A DNA stretch of 64,000 nt from Patescibacteria group bacterium (lineage in GTDB: Bacteria; Patescibacteriota; Patescibacteriia; Patescibacteriales; UBA12465): NCBI GenBank assembly GCA_050949505.1, contig JBMNFV010000001.1:509644-573643 (forward strand), given 5' to 3'. The position numbers were made by a program, and so were the translations under genes. The notes beneath the pieces were generated by a model. That model was given only the letters and a program-made list of their open reading frames with translations. It did not search any database and was not told the origin of the DNA. Shown one piece after another: positions 1-8,606 of the stretch. Every line of letters starts with the position of its first letter. Positions within the stretch are counted from its first letter, which is position 1.

Positions 1-1
1 C

Positions 2-193
2 AAATTAAATGTTAATATCCCCCTGCTAGGGATCTCCGAGCTAGGAGGAGATCAGTTAGTTTGGCCAGCCCATACTAAGCGAGAGCTTAAAAACTTAGCC
101 ACCAGTCTTAAACCCCTGCTACTGCAAATGCGTGATGAAGCTCACCGCTTCGCTAATCGTGGTCGGCAAAGTGCTTTTAGAAGTCGTCGGTAA
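2..193 (+). CDS. uvrC: UvrC (excinuclease ABC subunit C), C-terminal fragment; 5' end outside window
   Basis: Frame is open from the window edge to TAA 191-193. Translation ends ...SLKPLLLQMRDEAHRFANRGRQSAFRSRR*, with the RDEAHRFA motif I associate with the UvrC C-terminal half. Absent from the ORF track because no start codon lies in the window. Confidence 0.5.
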   Translation, partial: KLNVNIPLLGISELGGDQLVWPAHTKRELKNLATSLKPLLLQMRDEAHRFANRGRQSAFRSRR

Positions 194-211
194 GCAAAAC
201 TCCTTAAGCCC

Positions 212-239
212 TTGACAAATATCCCTGCTTTGCTAAACT
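212..239 (+). promoter_or_regulatory. sigma70-type promoter upstream of rplJ-rplL
   Basis: TTGACA 212-217, 16-nt spacer, TAAACT 234-239. Shares the extended cTTGACAAAT context with other promoters in the window. Confidence 0.5.
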
Positions 240-245
240 AAGAAT

Positions 246-357
246 ACTAAGTGAATAATCTCTACCGCAGACCGTAAGCACTCCCATCAGCCTTACCGAG
301 GTAAAAACTAAAATAGTTTTTTTGGTCTGCCGGGGGCAGATTTTTTATTACAATTAT
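246..357 (+). promoter_or_regulatory. rplJ (L10) leader with terminator/antiterminator alternative pairing
   Basis: GC hairpin tctgcc(326-331)/ggcaga(335-340) followed by T6 (341-346), 12 nt before the rplJ ATG. Upstream gcagacc (267-273) is complementary to ggtctgc (324-330), which overlaps the 5' arm of the terminator. Confidence 0.45.
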
Positions 358-888
358 ATGGCAAAAAATAAACAACAAAAACAAGAAATTCTTCGTAATT
401 TAGAGGAGAAGTTAAAGAAGTCCAAGTCAGTAGTTTTTACCGGCTTTAATGCTTTAACAGTTAAGGAAGGTGAACTATTGCGGTCAAAATTAAGGGAAGA
501 GCATAGTGAATACTATGTGGCTAAAAAAACTTTAATGAATCTAGCCTTTAAAGATCAATTGGCTGGAACCGACTTGCGGACTTTAGATGGCCAGCTGGCG
601 GCTATTTTCTCCTATGAAGATGAGGTCGCTCCTGCTAAGGTGGTTGCTAGTTTCAAAAAAGATAAAGAGCTAGCTGACAAGGTGGTCTTTTTGGGAGGAA
701 TTTTAGAAAACAAATTAATTTCTCAAGCCGAGGTAGAGGCTCTTTCTCTTCTGCCTAGTCGCCCTGAGCTTTATGCTAAGGTAGTTGGCAGCCTTAATGC
801 TCCTGTTTCTGGTTTAGTTAATGTACTGGCCGCTAATCTCCGCAATTTAGTCTATGTCTTAAAAGCGATCGAGGAATCAAAGTCATAA
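358..888 (+). CDS. rplJ: 50S ribosomal protein L10
   Basis: MAKNKQQKQEILRNLEEKLKKSKSVVFTGFNALTV... is a typical L10 N-terminus, and rplL follows. The ATG at 358 is preferred over the TTG at 322 because 322-357 holds the leader terminator hairpin. Confidence 0.93.
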   Translation: MAKNKQQKQEILRNLEEKLKKSKSVVFTGFNALTVKEGELLRSKLREEHSEYYVAKKTLMNLAFKDQLAGTDLRTLDGQLAAIFSYEDEVAPAKVVASFKKDKELADKVVFLGGILENKLISQAEVEALSLLPSRPELYAKVVGSLNAPVSGLVNVLAANLRNLVYVLKAIEESKS

Positions 889-928
889 TTAATTTACAAA
901 CTAATTTATAAATATTAATTTTAAACAT

Positions 929-1330
929 ATGGAAGAAGATAAAAAGGTAGAAGTCCCTGCTAAGTTTGAAAAGTTAGTCGGGGAAATCGAAAAAATGAGT
1001 GTTCTAGACTTAGCCGAATTGGTTAAGATCTTAGAAGACAAGTTCGGAGTTAGTGCGGCTGCGCCAGCCATGATGGCGGCTCCTGCTGCCGGTGGTGCCG
1101 AAGCGGCCGCCGAAGAGAAGGATGAGTTTGACGTTGAGATTACCGAAAGCGGTGCTAATAAGATCAATGTCATTAAGGCAGTTCGTGAATTAACCGAGAT
1201 GGGTCTTAAGGAAGCTAAAGACTTAGTTGACGGAGCTCCTCAAATCCTTAAGGAAGGAGTCAAGAAGGCTGATGCTGAAGAAATGAAAAAGAAATTAGAA
1301 GAGGCCGGCGCTAAAGTTACTTTAAAGTAA
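929..1330 (+). CDS. rplL: 50S ribosomal protein L7/L12
   Basis: Ala-rich hinge ([21 protein letters not shown]) and C-terminal domain [27 protein letters not shown]...[10 protein letters not shown]. Confidence 0.95.
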   Translation: MEEDKKVEVPAKFEKLVGEIEKMSVLDLAELVKILEDKFGVSAAAPAMMAAPAAGGAEAAAEEKDEFDVEITESGANKINVIKAVRELTEMGLKEAKDLVDGAPQILKEGVKKADAEEMKKKLEEAGAKVTLK

Positions 1331-1355
1331 TTTAGCTAAGTTAAAGTTAATCAGG

Positions 1356-1386
1356 AAAAAGCCAGTTGTTTAGACTGGCTTTTTTC
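1356..1386. terminator. bidirectional intrinsic terminator between rplL and the convergent gene
   Basis: A5 - gccagt(1361-1366) - loop - actggc(1374-1379) - T7. Confidence 0.7.
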
Positions 1387-1410
1387 TTTAGTAAAATACT
1401 ATTTTTTAAC

Positions 1411-3654
1411 TTACTTTATAGCAAAGGACCAGACGGTTTCATCACTTAAGAGATAAGCTTGTCCCTGAGACTCAGACACACTTAAGTCCTGAATGCTCTC
1501 TGGAAAGTCTAGTTGATATTGAGCTACTAAGGAGCCGGTGTCTAAAGACCTAACTATGAGGCGCTTAGCCTCAAAGTCAAAGACATAGCTGCGTAGTTCT
1601 CCTAAAATCAACTTACTAGCCTGACTAAGGGCTGGTTCCACTGCTCCCGCTTGATAGGTTTCTAGTTTTCCTAGGCGTAATTTTAATAATTGTCCATTTT
1701 TCTTTAGCAGATAGATATTACCGTCTATGGCCATATCACTTACCTCACTAAGGTCTAGCTCTTCAGCTAGCCAAGGTTCGCGCTGTTGATAGCTAGTGCT
1801 TCCCAGGGACTTATAAATTTGATTTTCTGGAATCGCTAAGGTGTATAAATTAGTGCTAAAGAAATCATAGGCCTGAGAATTATTAGCAATCTCTTCACTA
1901 AGAGTTAGCGGGGTACCAGTTAAACTCTTTAAATCAAATTTAATAATCTGATTTCCAGTTAAGTAATAGATCAGGCTTTTGGAGTCAAATTTAGTAGCCC
2001 TTAAATTATCTAACTCCGGCAGGTTAAAGATTTCTGACTGAGCTGAATTCGGAGTGATTTCATATACCTTACCCTGAGCTGCAGCATAAAGTTGTTGACC
2101 AGCCGCTACTAGACTCTTTACCTCTAAGCCGATTAAATCATTGACAGGCTCAAAGTCAGTCACCGTGGTTATTTTATAAATTAGGTTTTCTTTTTCCTGC
2201 AAGGCAGCTACTAGGCGCTCATAGAGCACTAGTTGCTCCTTTTTAGCTTGCGGTAAGTAGCTCACTAGCTCCCAAGCATCTGCTAAGTCTTGTTTAGCGG
2301 CTGTCTCATTTTCATACAACAAATCTTGCTCTATCTTTTCTTGTTTTTCAGTAATGGTTGTTAAGAGGTTTTGATAATGATTTTCAGCGGCCTTTCTTTT
2401 TTGGGCTAGGGAAGAGAAGCTAATACTAGTAATTAAGACTATTAGGGCTACTGCTATTAGACTAATTAGCAGTTTACGGCGCCCGCTTAAGACTCTAAGG
2501 CGCTGCTTAAACTTAGCTAAGAAAGATTTAAGGTAATGGAAGTTAAAGGAGTTTAGCAGACGTTTTAAGAGTTTGATTGGCGCAAACTTAGCTAAACTAG
2601 CCCGCTCAGTTAAAGAGATATTACTACTAGCTATCAAGGAGTCTCTTTTCTTTTTAGCTACCTGCTTAAGGTCAGTGACTACGGGAGAGGCAGATTCTGT
2701 ATCTGATTTTTCTGAGTCAGGATAGGCATAGCGCTTGCTTGGTCTTTGGGGTAGACTAATTTGCTTTTTAAGGCCAAGTAGTCGTTGTCGGAGCTTAGAG
2801 AAGCTCACTAGTCCCGCTGGAGCTAAAAGTCGTTCCGTCTTTTCTTCTAGATTATTAAGTCCGGAAATAGAGCTATGAGCTCCTAAGCCTTGGTCGTCTG
2901 GTTCAGCTAATTCATATTTTTCTTGACCAACAGTATTTTTGATAATAATGCCTAAGAAGGGAATAAAGGAGTTGATGCTGCTTAAGGTGTTCTTTATTTG
3001 CTCAGCCGCCACTACGGGAGGTAGTTTAGAAATAATTTCACTTAACTGTCTTTCAGTTAAGTACTCAGGCAAAGCTTCGCTGGTGAAGAGGAAATAGGCT
3101 TGCTGGGGAATCTCACCAGAGATAACTGAAGAGAAAAGATTGGTCTGATTAGTGGGTAATTTATTCTTTCCCGACTGCTCTGGCTGATCGGTAGCACTAG
3201 CCTCGACATTAATTAACTCATACTGATCTTTTTGTCGGTAAAGCAAGAAAGCCCGATTACGTCCATAATTGGAGAAATATAATTTATTTTCAAAAATGAC
3301 ACCGATAGTTAAATTGGTGGCCTGAGGATTTATTTTTATTTTCTCAAACTTTAGAAAGTCTAATAAATTCTTATTAGTCTTAGAAACCGCCGCTTCAAAG
3401 ATATTTTCTATCTTAAGGCCTTCTATCTTATCTCGTAGAAAGATTTTTTCATCCTCGTAATAAGTTTCCTCTAGGCTCCCAATCAGGAATTCAAATATCT
3501 TTCTCGCTTCGGTCTTTTTTCCCTCCACTTCAGCAATCACGAAGAACTTGCCAGCTAAAGATTCTTTAGCGACATCTGGCTGGGAAATAAAAATATCACC
3601 AAAGCCACTCGCTCGCCCGGTGTTCAAGATAATTGAAGAAATTTTATGATACAT
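1411..3654 (-). CDS. hypothetical single-pass membrane protein (747 aa)
   Basis: Long ORF with one central TM segment (LLISLIAVALIVLITSISFSSL) after a basic stretch. The C-terminal half is beta-rich. No family recognised by eye. Confidence 0.8.
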   Translation of the reverse strand: MYHKISSIILNTGRASGFGDIFISQPDVAKESLAGKFFVIAEVEGKKTEARKIFEFLIGSLEETYYEDEKIFLRDKIEGLKIENIFEAAVSKTNKNLLDFLKFEKIKINPQATNLTIGVIFENKLYFSNYGRNRAFLLYRQKDQYELINVEASATDQPEQSGKNKLPTNQTNLFSSVISGEIPQQAYFLFTSEALPEYLTERQLSEIISKLPPVVAAEQIKNTLSSINSFIPFLGIIIKNTVGQEKYELAEPDDQGLGAHSSISGLNNLEEKTERLLAPAGLVSFSKLRQRLLGLKKQISLPQRPSKRYAYPDSEKSDTESASPVVTDLKQVAKKKRDSLIASSNISLTERASLAKFAPIKLLKRLLNSFNFHYLKSFLAKFKQRLRVLSGRRKLLISLIAVALIVLITSISFSSLAQKRKAAENHYQNLLTTITEKQEKIEQDLLYENETAAKQDLADAWELVSYLPQAKKEQLVLYERLVAALQEKENLIYKITTVTDFEPVNDLIGLEVKSLVAAGQQLYAAAQGKVYEITPNSAQSEIFNLPELDNLRATKFDSKSLIYYLTGNQIIKFDLKSLTGTPLTLSEEIANNSQAYDFFSTNLYTLAIPENQIYKSLGSTSYQQREPWLAEELDLSEVSDMAIDGNIYLLKKNGQLLKLRLGKLETYQAGAVEPALSQASKLILGELRSYVFDFEAKRLIVRSLDTGSLVAQYQLDFPESIQDLSVSESQGQAYLLSDETVWSFAIK

Positions 3655-3690
3655 AAGCGAAATTACCGATTTAAAAACGGCCTTATTTGT

Positions 3691-3719
3691 TTGACTGATT
3701 ACCTAATATATTATACTAT
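3691..3719 (+). promoter_or_regulatory. candidate sigma70-type promoter
   Basis: TTGACT 3691-3696, 17-nt spacer, TACTAT 3714-3719, about 20 nt upstream of the ATG at 3741. Confidence 0.4.
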
Positions 3720-3740
3720 AAAACTATAAATAAATGAAAT

Positions 3741-4370
3741 ATGCTTAAACTTCTTTTTGGCCAAGAGTCTAAAATTAAACTGTTAAACCTCTTCTTATTG
3801 CACCCGGATCGCTCTTATGAATTAGCTAATATCAGCCAAGAAACTGGATTAACGACTGCACAAATTAACAAAGGTTTGCTTAATTTAAAGGAATTAGGCC
3901 TAGTTGAGGAAGTAGTTGTTAAGGCGACTAGTAGCAAGGCAGCGGGGAAGACTAAGGCTCAGACTCCTGCTAAAAAGACTACTGCCCCTAAGGAGTCTAA
4001 AATATTTGTTACTAATAAAAACTTTCTCCTTTATCCTGAACTGCGAGCCTTGCTAGTTAAAGCCCAAATTATTTCCAGTCAACACTTTATCACTAGCTTA
4101 GAAAAAAACTTCCAACCTCAGTTAATTCTCCTTACTGGCCTCTTTGTTAATCAACCCGAAAGCCTAACAGATCTATTGATAGTCGGTAATATTAAGCGCC
4201 CCTTGTTTTTAAAGCTAATTGCTGAACTAGAAAAAGACTTGGGGAGGGAAATTAACTTTACCATCATGTCTGAAGCCGAATTCTATTACCGCCGGGAAAT
4301 TGTTGATATTTTTCTTTATAATATTTTAGAAGGCGAGAAAATAATTCTCATTAACTCACTAAACGACTAG
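3741..4370 (+). CDS. winged-helix (ArsR/MarR-like) DNA-binding protein, C-terminal domain unknown
   Basis: N-terminal ELANISQETGLTTAQINKGLLNLKELGLVEE looks like a wHTH, followed by a Lys/Ala/Thr-rich linker. Its stop lies one nt from the next ATG (TAG-c-ATG). Confidence 0.7.
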   Translation: MLKLLFGQESKIKLLNLFLLHPDRSYELANISQETGLTTAQINKGLLNLKELGLVEEVVVKATSSKAAGKTKAQTPAKKTTAPKESKIFVTNKNFLLYPELRALLVKAQIISSQHFITSLEKNFQPQLILLTGLFVNQPESLTDLLIVGNIKRPLFLKLIAELEKDLGREINFTIMSEAEFYYRREIVDIFLYNILEGEKIILINSLND

Positions 4371-4371
4371 C

Positions 4372-6243
4372 ATGAGACCAGCATTTAAATTATTAGGCAA
4401 ACTAGTTAAATATTTAATTTTGACCCTGCTGGCTTTCTTGGTCATTTTTTTAATTATCTACGCTCGTTTTTATCCTCCCCTTAAAGCCACCTATGAACTC
4501 AGCTTATCGGGAAAACAAGAGTTAATGGCTGCAACTACTAGTTTAAAGGAGCGCTCTTGGTTAGCTGCTGAGCAGCAGGCCAGTGCCGCCAGAAATAATT
4601 TTCAGCAAGCCTTACTGAAACTAGAGCTAGTGAGTGATAATTTTTTTATTAAACAAGTTCCTTTAACCAAGCGATTAATTAATGACTTAGTCTACCTAGC
4701 TAAGTCTGGAGAGATTCTTAGTCAATCCCTAGCTAAGTTAGCTAGCTTAGGAGAGGAATTAGCTACTCTAGATTTTAGCGAAGGGAAAAACCCCTTAGAA
4801 CTTCCGCCTGAGGAGCGGGCTAGTATTTTGCAACTTATTTACGAATCAGGCCCCGAACTTACTGGACTTAAGGCTAATTTACAAATTGCTCTCTATAATC
4901 TCAATCAAGTTCGTCGCTTTGGCTTCCTTTGGCCTCTTTATGATGAGCTATTAGCTTACCGGGCCCAATTAGCTGAAGTGGTGACTTTAAGTGAGAATTT
5001 GGAACCATTATCTAAACTACTACTAGCCCTAGGAGGCTACCCTCAGGCTAGTGACTACCTAATTATACTCCAAAACACTGATGAACTTCGTCCGAGTGGG
5101 GGCTTTATTGGCAGCTTCGCCTTGCTCAGTGTCGCGGCTGGAGATATTTTATCCCTAGAAACTAAAGATAGTTATCATGTAGATATGCCTGCTAGTGAGC
5201 TTTGGCAAAAAGAGCCACCGGCGGCAATAAAAAAGTATTTACAAGTTGATACTTGGTATTTTAGAGATGCTAACTGGTCGCCTGATTGGCCTAGTTCTGC
5301 TAAATTGATTGAAGAAATTTATCGTGGCGAACATGAAGTTTTAGGGCTAACCGTTCCTAACTTTGCTGGGATTATTAGCCTTAACCCCGACTTCATTGCT
5401 GATCTAATTTCTCTAGTGGGTGAAATTGAAATAGAGGGGACTGTTTATCAGGCTGAAGACTTTCAAGCTGTTTTGCAATACAGCGTGGAAATGGGCTACA
5501 AGGAACAAGATATTTCTAGCTGGGAAAGAAAAAATGTTATTAATTTATTAGCTGCCGAGCTTAGAAGTCGTTTGAGCAATTTGCCTCTAAGTGACTGGCC
5601 AGAGTTAATTAAAATTATTAATCGCCAGTTAGCCGAAAAAAATATTCAACTTTATTTCAAAAACCCCGCCTTGCAGGGAATTAGCCACAATCTCAAGGCT
5701 GACGGGGAAGTGAAAAAAACTGACTCTGACTACCTATTAGTGGTTGATGCTAACTTAGCAGCCTTTAAGAGTGATGCGGTGATGCTAAAGGATATTGACT
5801 ATACGGTAAGGCAACATGGCTTAGATAGCGCGGCTGAGCTTAAATTGAAATACCGTCACGAGGGAGGCTTTGATTGGCGAACTACTCGTTACCGTAGCTA
5901 TACTAGAATATACCTGCCCTTAGGAAGCACTTTTGTTTCCTTATCTGGCCTTAATCAAAATACTGCTGACTGGTCGGTAACTGATGACTGGGAATTAGAA
6001 AAAACTGTTTTTTCCTTTTTCCTAAATGTTGAGCCAGGCACCGAGCGAGAATTTGTCTTTCATTATCTTCTCCCTCAAACTATTAGTGAGCAGATTATTA
6101 ATAATCAGTACCAACTACTGGTACAAAAGCAATCTGGACGACGAACTCGTAGCCTAACGGTGAAGCTAGAAACGGAACGAGGCTTTAGTGAGCTAGCTAA
6201 GAGTGAGCTAAAACAAGACCAAGTGTTTAGCTTTAAAGATTAA
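4372..6243 (+). CDS. DUF4012 domain membrane-anchored protein
   Basis: N-terminal TM, then signatures NTDELRPSGGFIGSFALL and WYFRDANWSPDWP as in DUF4012. A paralogue lies at 57170-59698. Confidence 0.85.
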   Translation: MRPAFKLLGKLVKYLILTLLAFLVIFLIIYARFYPPLKATYELSLSGKQELMAATTSLKERSWLAAEQQASAARNNFQQALLKLELVSDNFFIKQVPLTKRLINDLVYLAKSGEILSQSLAKLASLGEELATLDFSEGKNPLELPPEERASILQLIYESGPELTGLKANLQIALYNLNQVRRFGFLWPLYDELLAYRAQLAEVVTLSENLEPLSKLLLALGGYPQASDYLIILQNTDELRPSGGFIGSFALLSVAAGDILSLETKDSYHVDMPASELWQKEPPAAIKKYLQVDTWYFRDANWSPDWPSSAKLIEEIYRGEHEVLGLTVPNFAGIISLNPDFIADLISLVGEIEIEGTVYQAEDFQAVLQYSVEMGYKEQDISSWERKNVINLLAAELRSRLSNLPLSDWPELIKIINRQLAEKNIQLYFKNPALQGISHNLKADGEVKKTDSDYLLVVDANLAAFKSDAVMLKDIDYTVRQHGLDSAAELKLKYRHEGGFDWRTTRYRSYTRIYLPLGSTFVSLSGLNQNTADWSVTDDWELEKTVFSFFLNVEPGTEREFVFHYLLPQTISEQIINNQYQLLVQKQSGRRTRSLTVKLETERGFSELAKSELKQDQVFSFKD

Positions 6244-6250
6244 TTTTCCT

Positions 6251-7555
6251 ATGAACATTATTATCACCATTATTATTCTCCTAGTCTTAAGTCTTTTTTT
6301 AGCCAAACCTCAGCTAGGACTATATCTAAGCGCACTACTTTTGCCTCTCTTAGGCTGGGATATTCAGGTCTACGCTTTCACCTTCCCCTTAATAGACCTA
6401 ATTGCCCTCTTAGCCTGTTTAGCGGTTTTGGGGAATTGGTTGTTTTTTAAGTTAAAAAAATCAACGCCAACACCTTTAAGGTGGCCTTTGTTTATTCCTT
6501 TTCTCATCTTTTTTATAGTTAATCTAATTTCCTCTCTCTGGGCCCCAGCACCCTTAACTAGTCTGTATTACTTTATTCGCTGGCCATTTTTCTTATACTT
6601 TGCCTATATCTTCACTCCCGCTAACTTAATCTCTGATGTAAAAACCTTGCGTAAAACTATTATTTTGGTCTTTATTGGCTCGTTAACGGTTTTATTATTC
6701 GGCTACCTATCTTTGCTTGATCAAAACATTAGTCACTCCTTCTTCCGTTTAAAGTCTATTAGCCTGCTAGGAGTTTATCCCTTTGGAGAAAATCATAATT
6801 TAATTGCTGAATATCTAAATGTCGGCGTCTTCTTTGTTTTAATTATCAAAGAGATGATCAAAGATCAGACCTCACGACGACTCACTGATATTTTATTTAT
6901 CATTATGGCCCTGGGAATTGTTTTAACTTTCTCTCGAGCAGCCTGGATCACTTTAGCTATTCAATTGCTAATCTATTTCCTCTACCAGTTGCGCTACAAT
7001 TTAATTGATAAACAGAATTTATTAACTTTTATCATTCTCGGCTTGATCATTTCTTCACCCCTCATGTTTAAAATGTCTAGCCTGCAAAGTGATAACACTG
7101 GCTCCACTGATAGCCGGCTAGTCTTGAGCGAGATCTCGGTTAAGGCTTGGCAAGAAAAACCTTGGTTTGGTCAGGGCAGTGGGGAGTTTATTAACTTAGT
7201 TGATAAAGACCTGCGCTTCCGAGCCAATTTTGGAGAAGCGATGGACTCACATGGTTCAGTGCAAAAGGTACTTGCTGAAAATGGCACCTTTGGCTTGTTA
7301 GCTTGGCTGGGAATTTTAATCTACCTCGCTAGATTAGGTTATCTAGCCTTAAGAAAGTATTATCCGACTGTCCCCTGGATGCTCCCCTTTGCTTTGGCTG
7401 CCTTTGGGGGAATCTTTTTTCAATTTTTTAACACCTCCTATTACAAAGGGCGAGTCTGGTTTCCCTTAGCCCTCTTTATTATCGCCATTGAGTTATCTGA
7501 AAAAATATCATCTTCTTATGTCAAAGAAAATAAAGATACTTCAAATAATTCCTAA
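6251..7555 (+). CDS. O-antigen ligase / Wzy_C-like polytopic membrane protein
   Basis: 434 aa with about 10 or more hydrophobic segments. TFSRAAWITLAIQLL-type motif followed by a periplasmic-style loop, as in the O-antigen ligase/polymerase family. Confidence 0.75.
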   Translation: MNIIITIIILLVLSLFLAKPQLGLYLSALLLPLLGWDIQVYAFTFPLIDLIALLACLAVLGNWLFFKLKKSTPTPLRWPLFIPFLIFFIVNLISSLWAPAPLTSLYYFIRWPFFLYFAYIFTPANLISDVKTLRKTIILVFIGSLTVLLFGYLSLLDQNISHSFFRLKSISLLGVYPFGENHNLIAEYLNVGVFFVLIIKEMIKDQTSRRLTDILFIIMALGIVLTFSRAAWITLAIQLLIYFLYQLRYNLIDKQNLLTFIILGLIISSPLMFKMSSLQSDNTGSTDSRLVLSEISVKAWQEKPWFGQGSGEFINLVDKDLRFRANFGEAMDSHGSVQKVLAENGTFGLLAWLGILIYLARLGYLALRKYYPTVPWMLPFALAAFGGIFFQFFNTSYYKGRVWFPLALFIIAIELSEKISSSYVKENKDTSNNS

Positions 7556-8603
7556 CCTTGAGCGAGGGGGCGCTGAAAGAATTTGCCTAGAGCTTAGTCA
7601 GGGTTTAGGAAAGAATAATTTTAGCTTAGCAGTACTACTCTTTAAGGACTCGTCTTTAGATAGTCCAGAAAAGTCTCTTTTGCGCTCTCAGGGCATAGAG
7701 ATTTTTTCCCTAAAAAAACGTAGTCGGGTTGATTTTAAAAATTGGCGAGCAATCTTTAAGGTGATTAAGTCTTGGCAACCAGACTTAGTTCACACTCACT
7801 TAGGGGGTGATATTTATGGAGTCTTAGCGGCTAAGTTGGCAGGCGTTAAAACAGTGATCACCACCGAACATAATGTTAATCAGAGTGAACGAAGGTTAAC
7901 CTCTTGGCTTAAAACCCTCTCCTTATTATTCGTTGACCAGGTCGTGGCGGTTTCCCAAGCGGTACAAGCCGATGCTCTGGATCGTTATCATCTTAATCCC
8001 GATAAACTAACTGTGGTCTACAATGGAATTAGTGATCAGTTCTTAGAAGTCAATAAGCGATCGATCTCCAGCCCTATCACCTTAGGCACTTTAGGACGTC
8101 TCAGTCCTCAAAAGGGCCTAAACACTCTAATTGAGGCCGTCTCCTTAAGCCGTCAGTCTAACTATCAACTCTTAATTGGCGGGGCTGGAGAGCTAAAGGA
8201 AGATTTGGAAGCGCAGATCGCTCGTCTAAACTTAAGTGATCGCATTAAGTTACTGGGCCTAGTTGAACCTCTAGACTTCTTTTCACAAATTGATATTTTT
8301 GTTCTTAGCTCTCACTGGGAGGGCTTTGGCTTAGTTGCCCTAGAAGCTGGGGCTCAACGCCGACCCTTGATAGTTAGTCAAATTGATGGCTTAGCAGAGA
8401 TAGTTGATTCCGAACGTGCCTACTTCTTTCCCCCTCAGAAAGCCTCCGCCTTGGCCGAGAAAATAGACTACTTAATTGATAACCTAGAGTCAGCGGAAGT
8501 TTTGGCTAAGGTGGAAAAAAATTATCAGTATATAAAGGAGAACTTTTCTGTAGACAAAATGATCACCGCCTACCAGGACCTTTATTTAAACCTAATTAAC
8601 TAG
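7518..8603 (+). CDS. glycosyltransferase family 4 (GT-B)
   Basis: MSKKIKILQIIPNLERGGAER N-terminus and C-terminal SHWEGFGLVALEAGA motif. The ATG at 7518 is preferred to the TTG at 7488; it overlaps the upstream gene by 38 nt. Confidence 0.85.
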   Translation: MSKKIKILQIIPNLERGGAERICLELSQGLGKNNFSLAVLLFKDSSLDSPEKSLLRSQGIEIFSLKKRSRVDFKNWRAIFKVIKSWQPDLVHTHLGGDIYGVLAAKLAGVKTVITTEHNVNQSERRLTSWLKTLSLLFVDQVVAVSQAVQADALDRYHLNPDKLTVVYNGISDQFLEVNKRSISSPITLGTLGRLSPQKGLNTLIEAVSLSRQSNYQLLIGGAGELKEDLEAQIARLNLSDRIKLLGLVEPLDFFSQIDIFVLSSHWEGFGLVALEAGAQRRPLIVSQIDGLAEIVDSERAYFFPPQKASALAEKIDYLIDNLESAEVLAKVEKNYQYIKENFSVDKMITAYQDLYLNLIN

Positions 8604-8606
8604 CTT

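Noticed and set aside
322-357. Longer N-terminal extensions offered by the ORF track (322 rplJ, 7488, 19011, 36030, 37765, 37912, 44106, 50206, 59752)
   Set aside because: The extensions start at non-ATG codons or run through leader terminators, promoter hexamers or the upstream gene. Internal ATGs give N-termini matching the family consensus (e.g. MAKNK for L10, MIKIPSLEEML for S2, MNKLSNY for SecE).
901-1173. 90-aa minus-strand ORF antisense to rplL
   Set aside because: It lies entirely within the well-supported L7/L12 gene. Its low-complexity Ala/Ser-rich translation mirrors the Ala-rich hinge. This is a typical shadow ORF.
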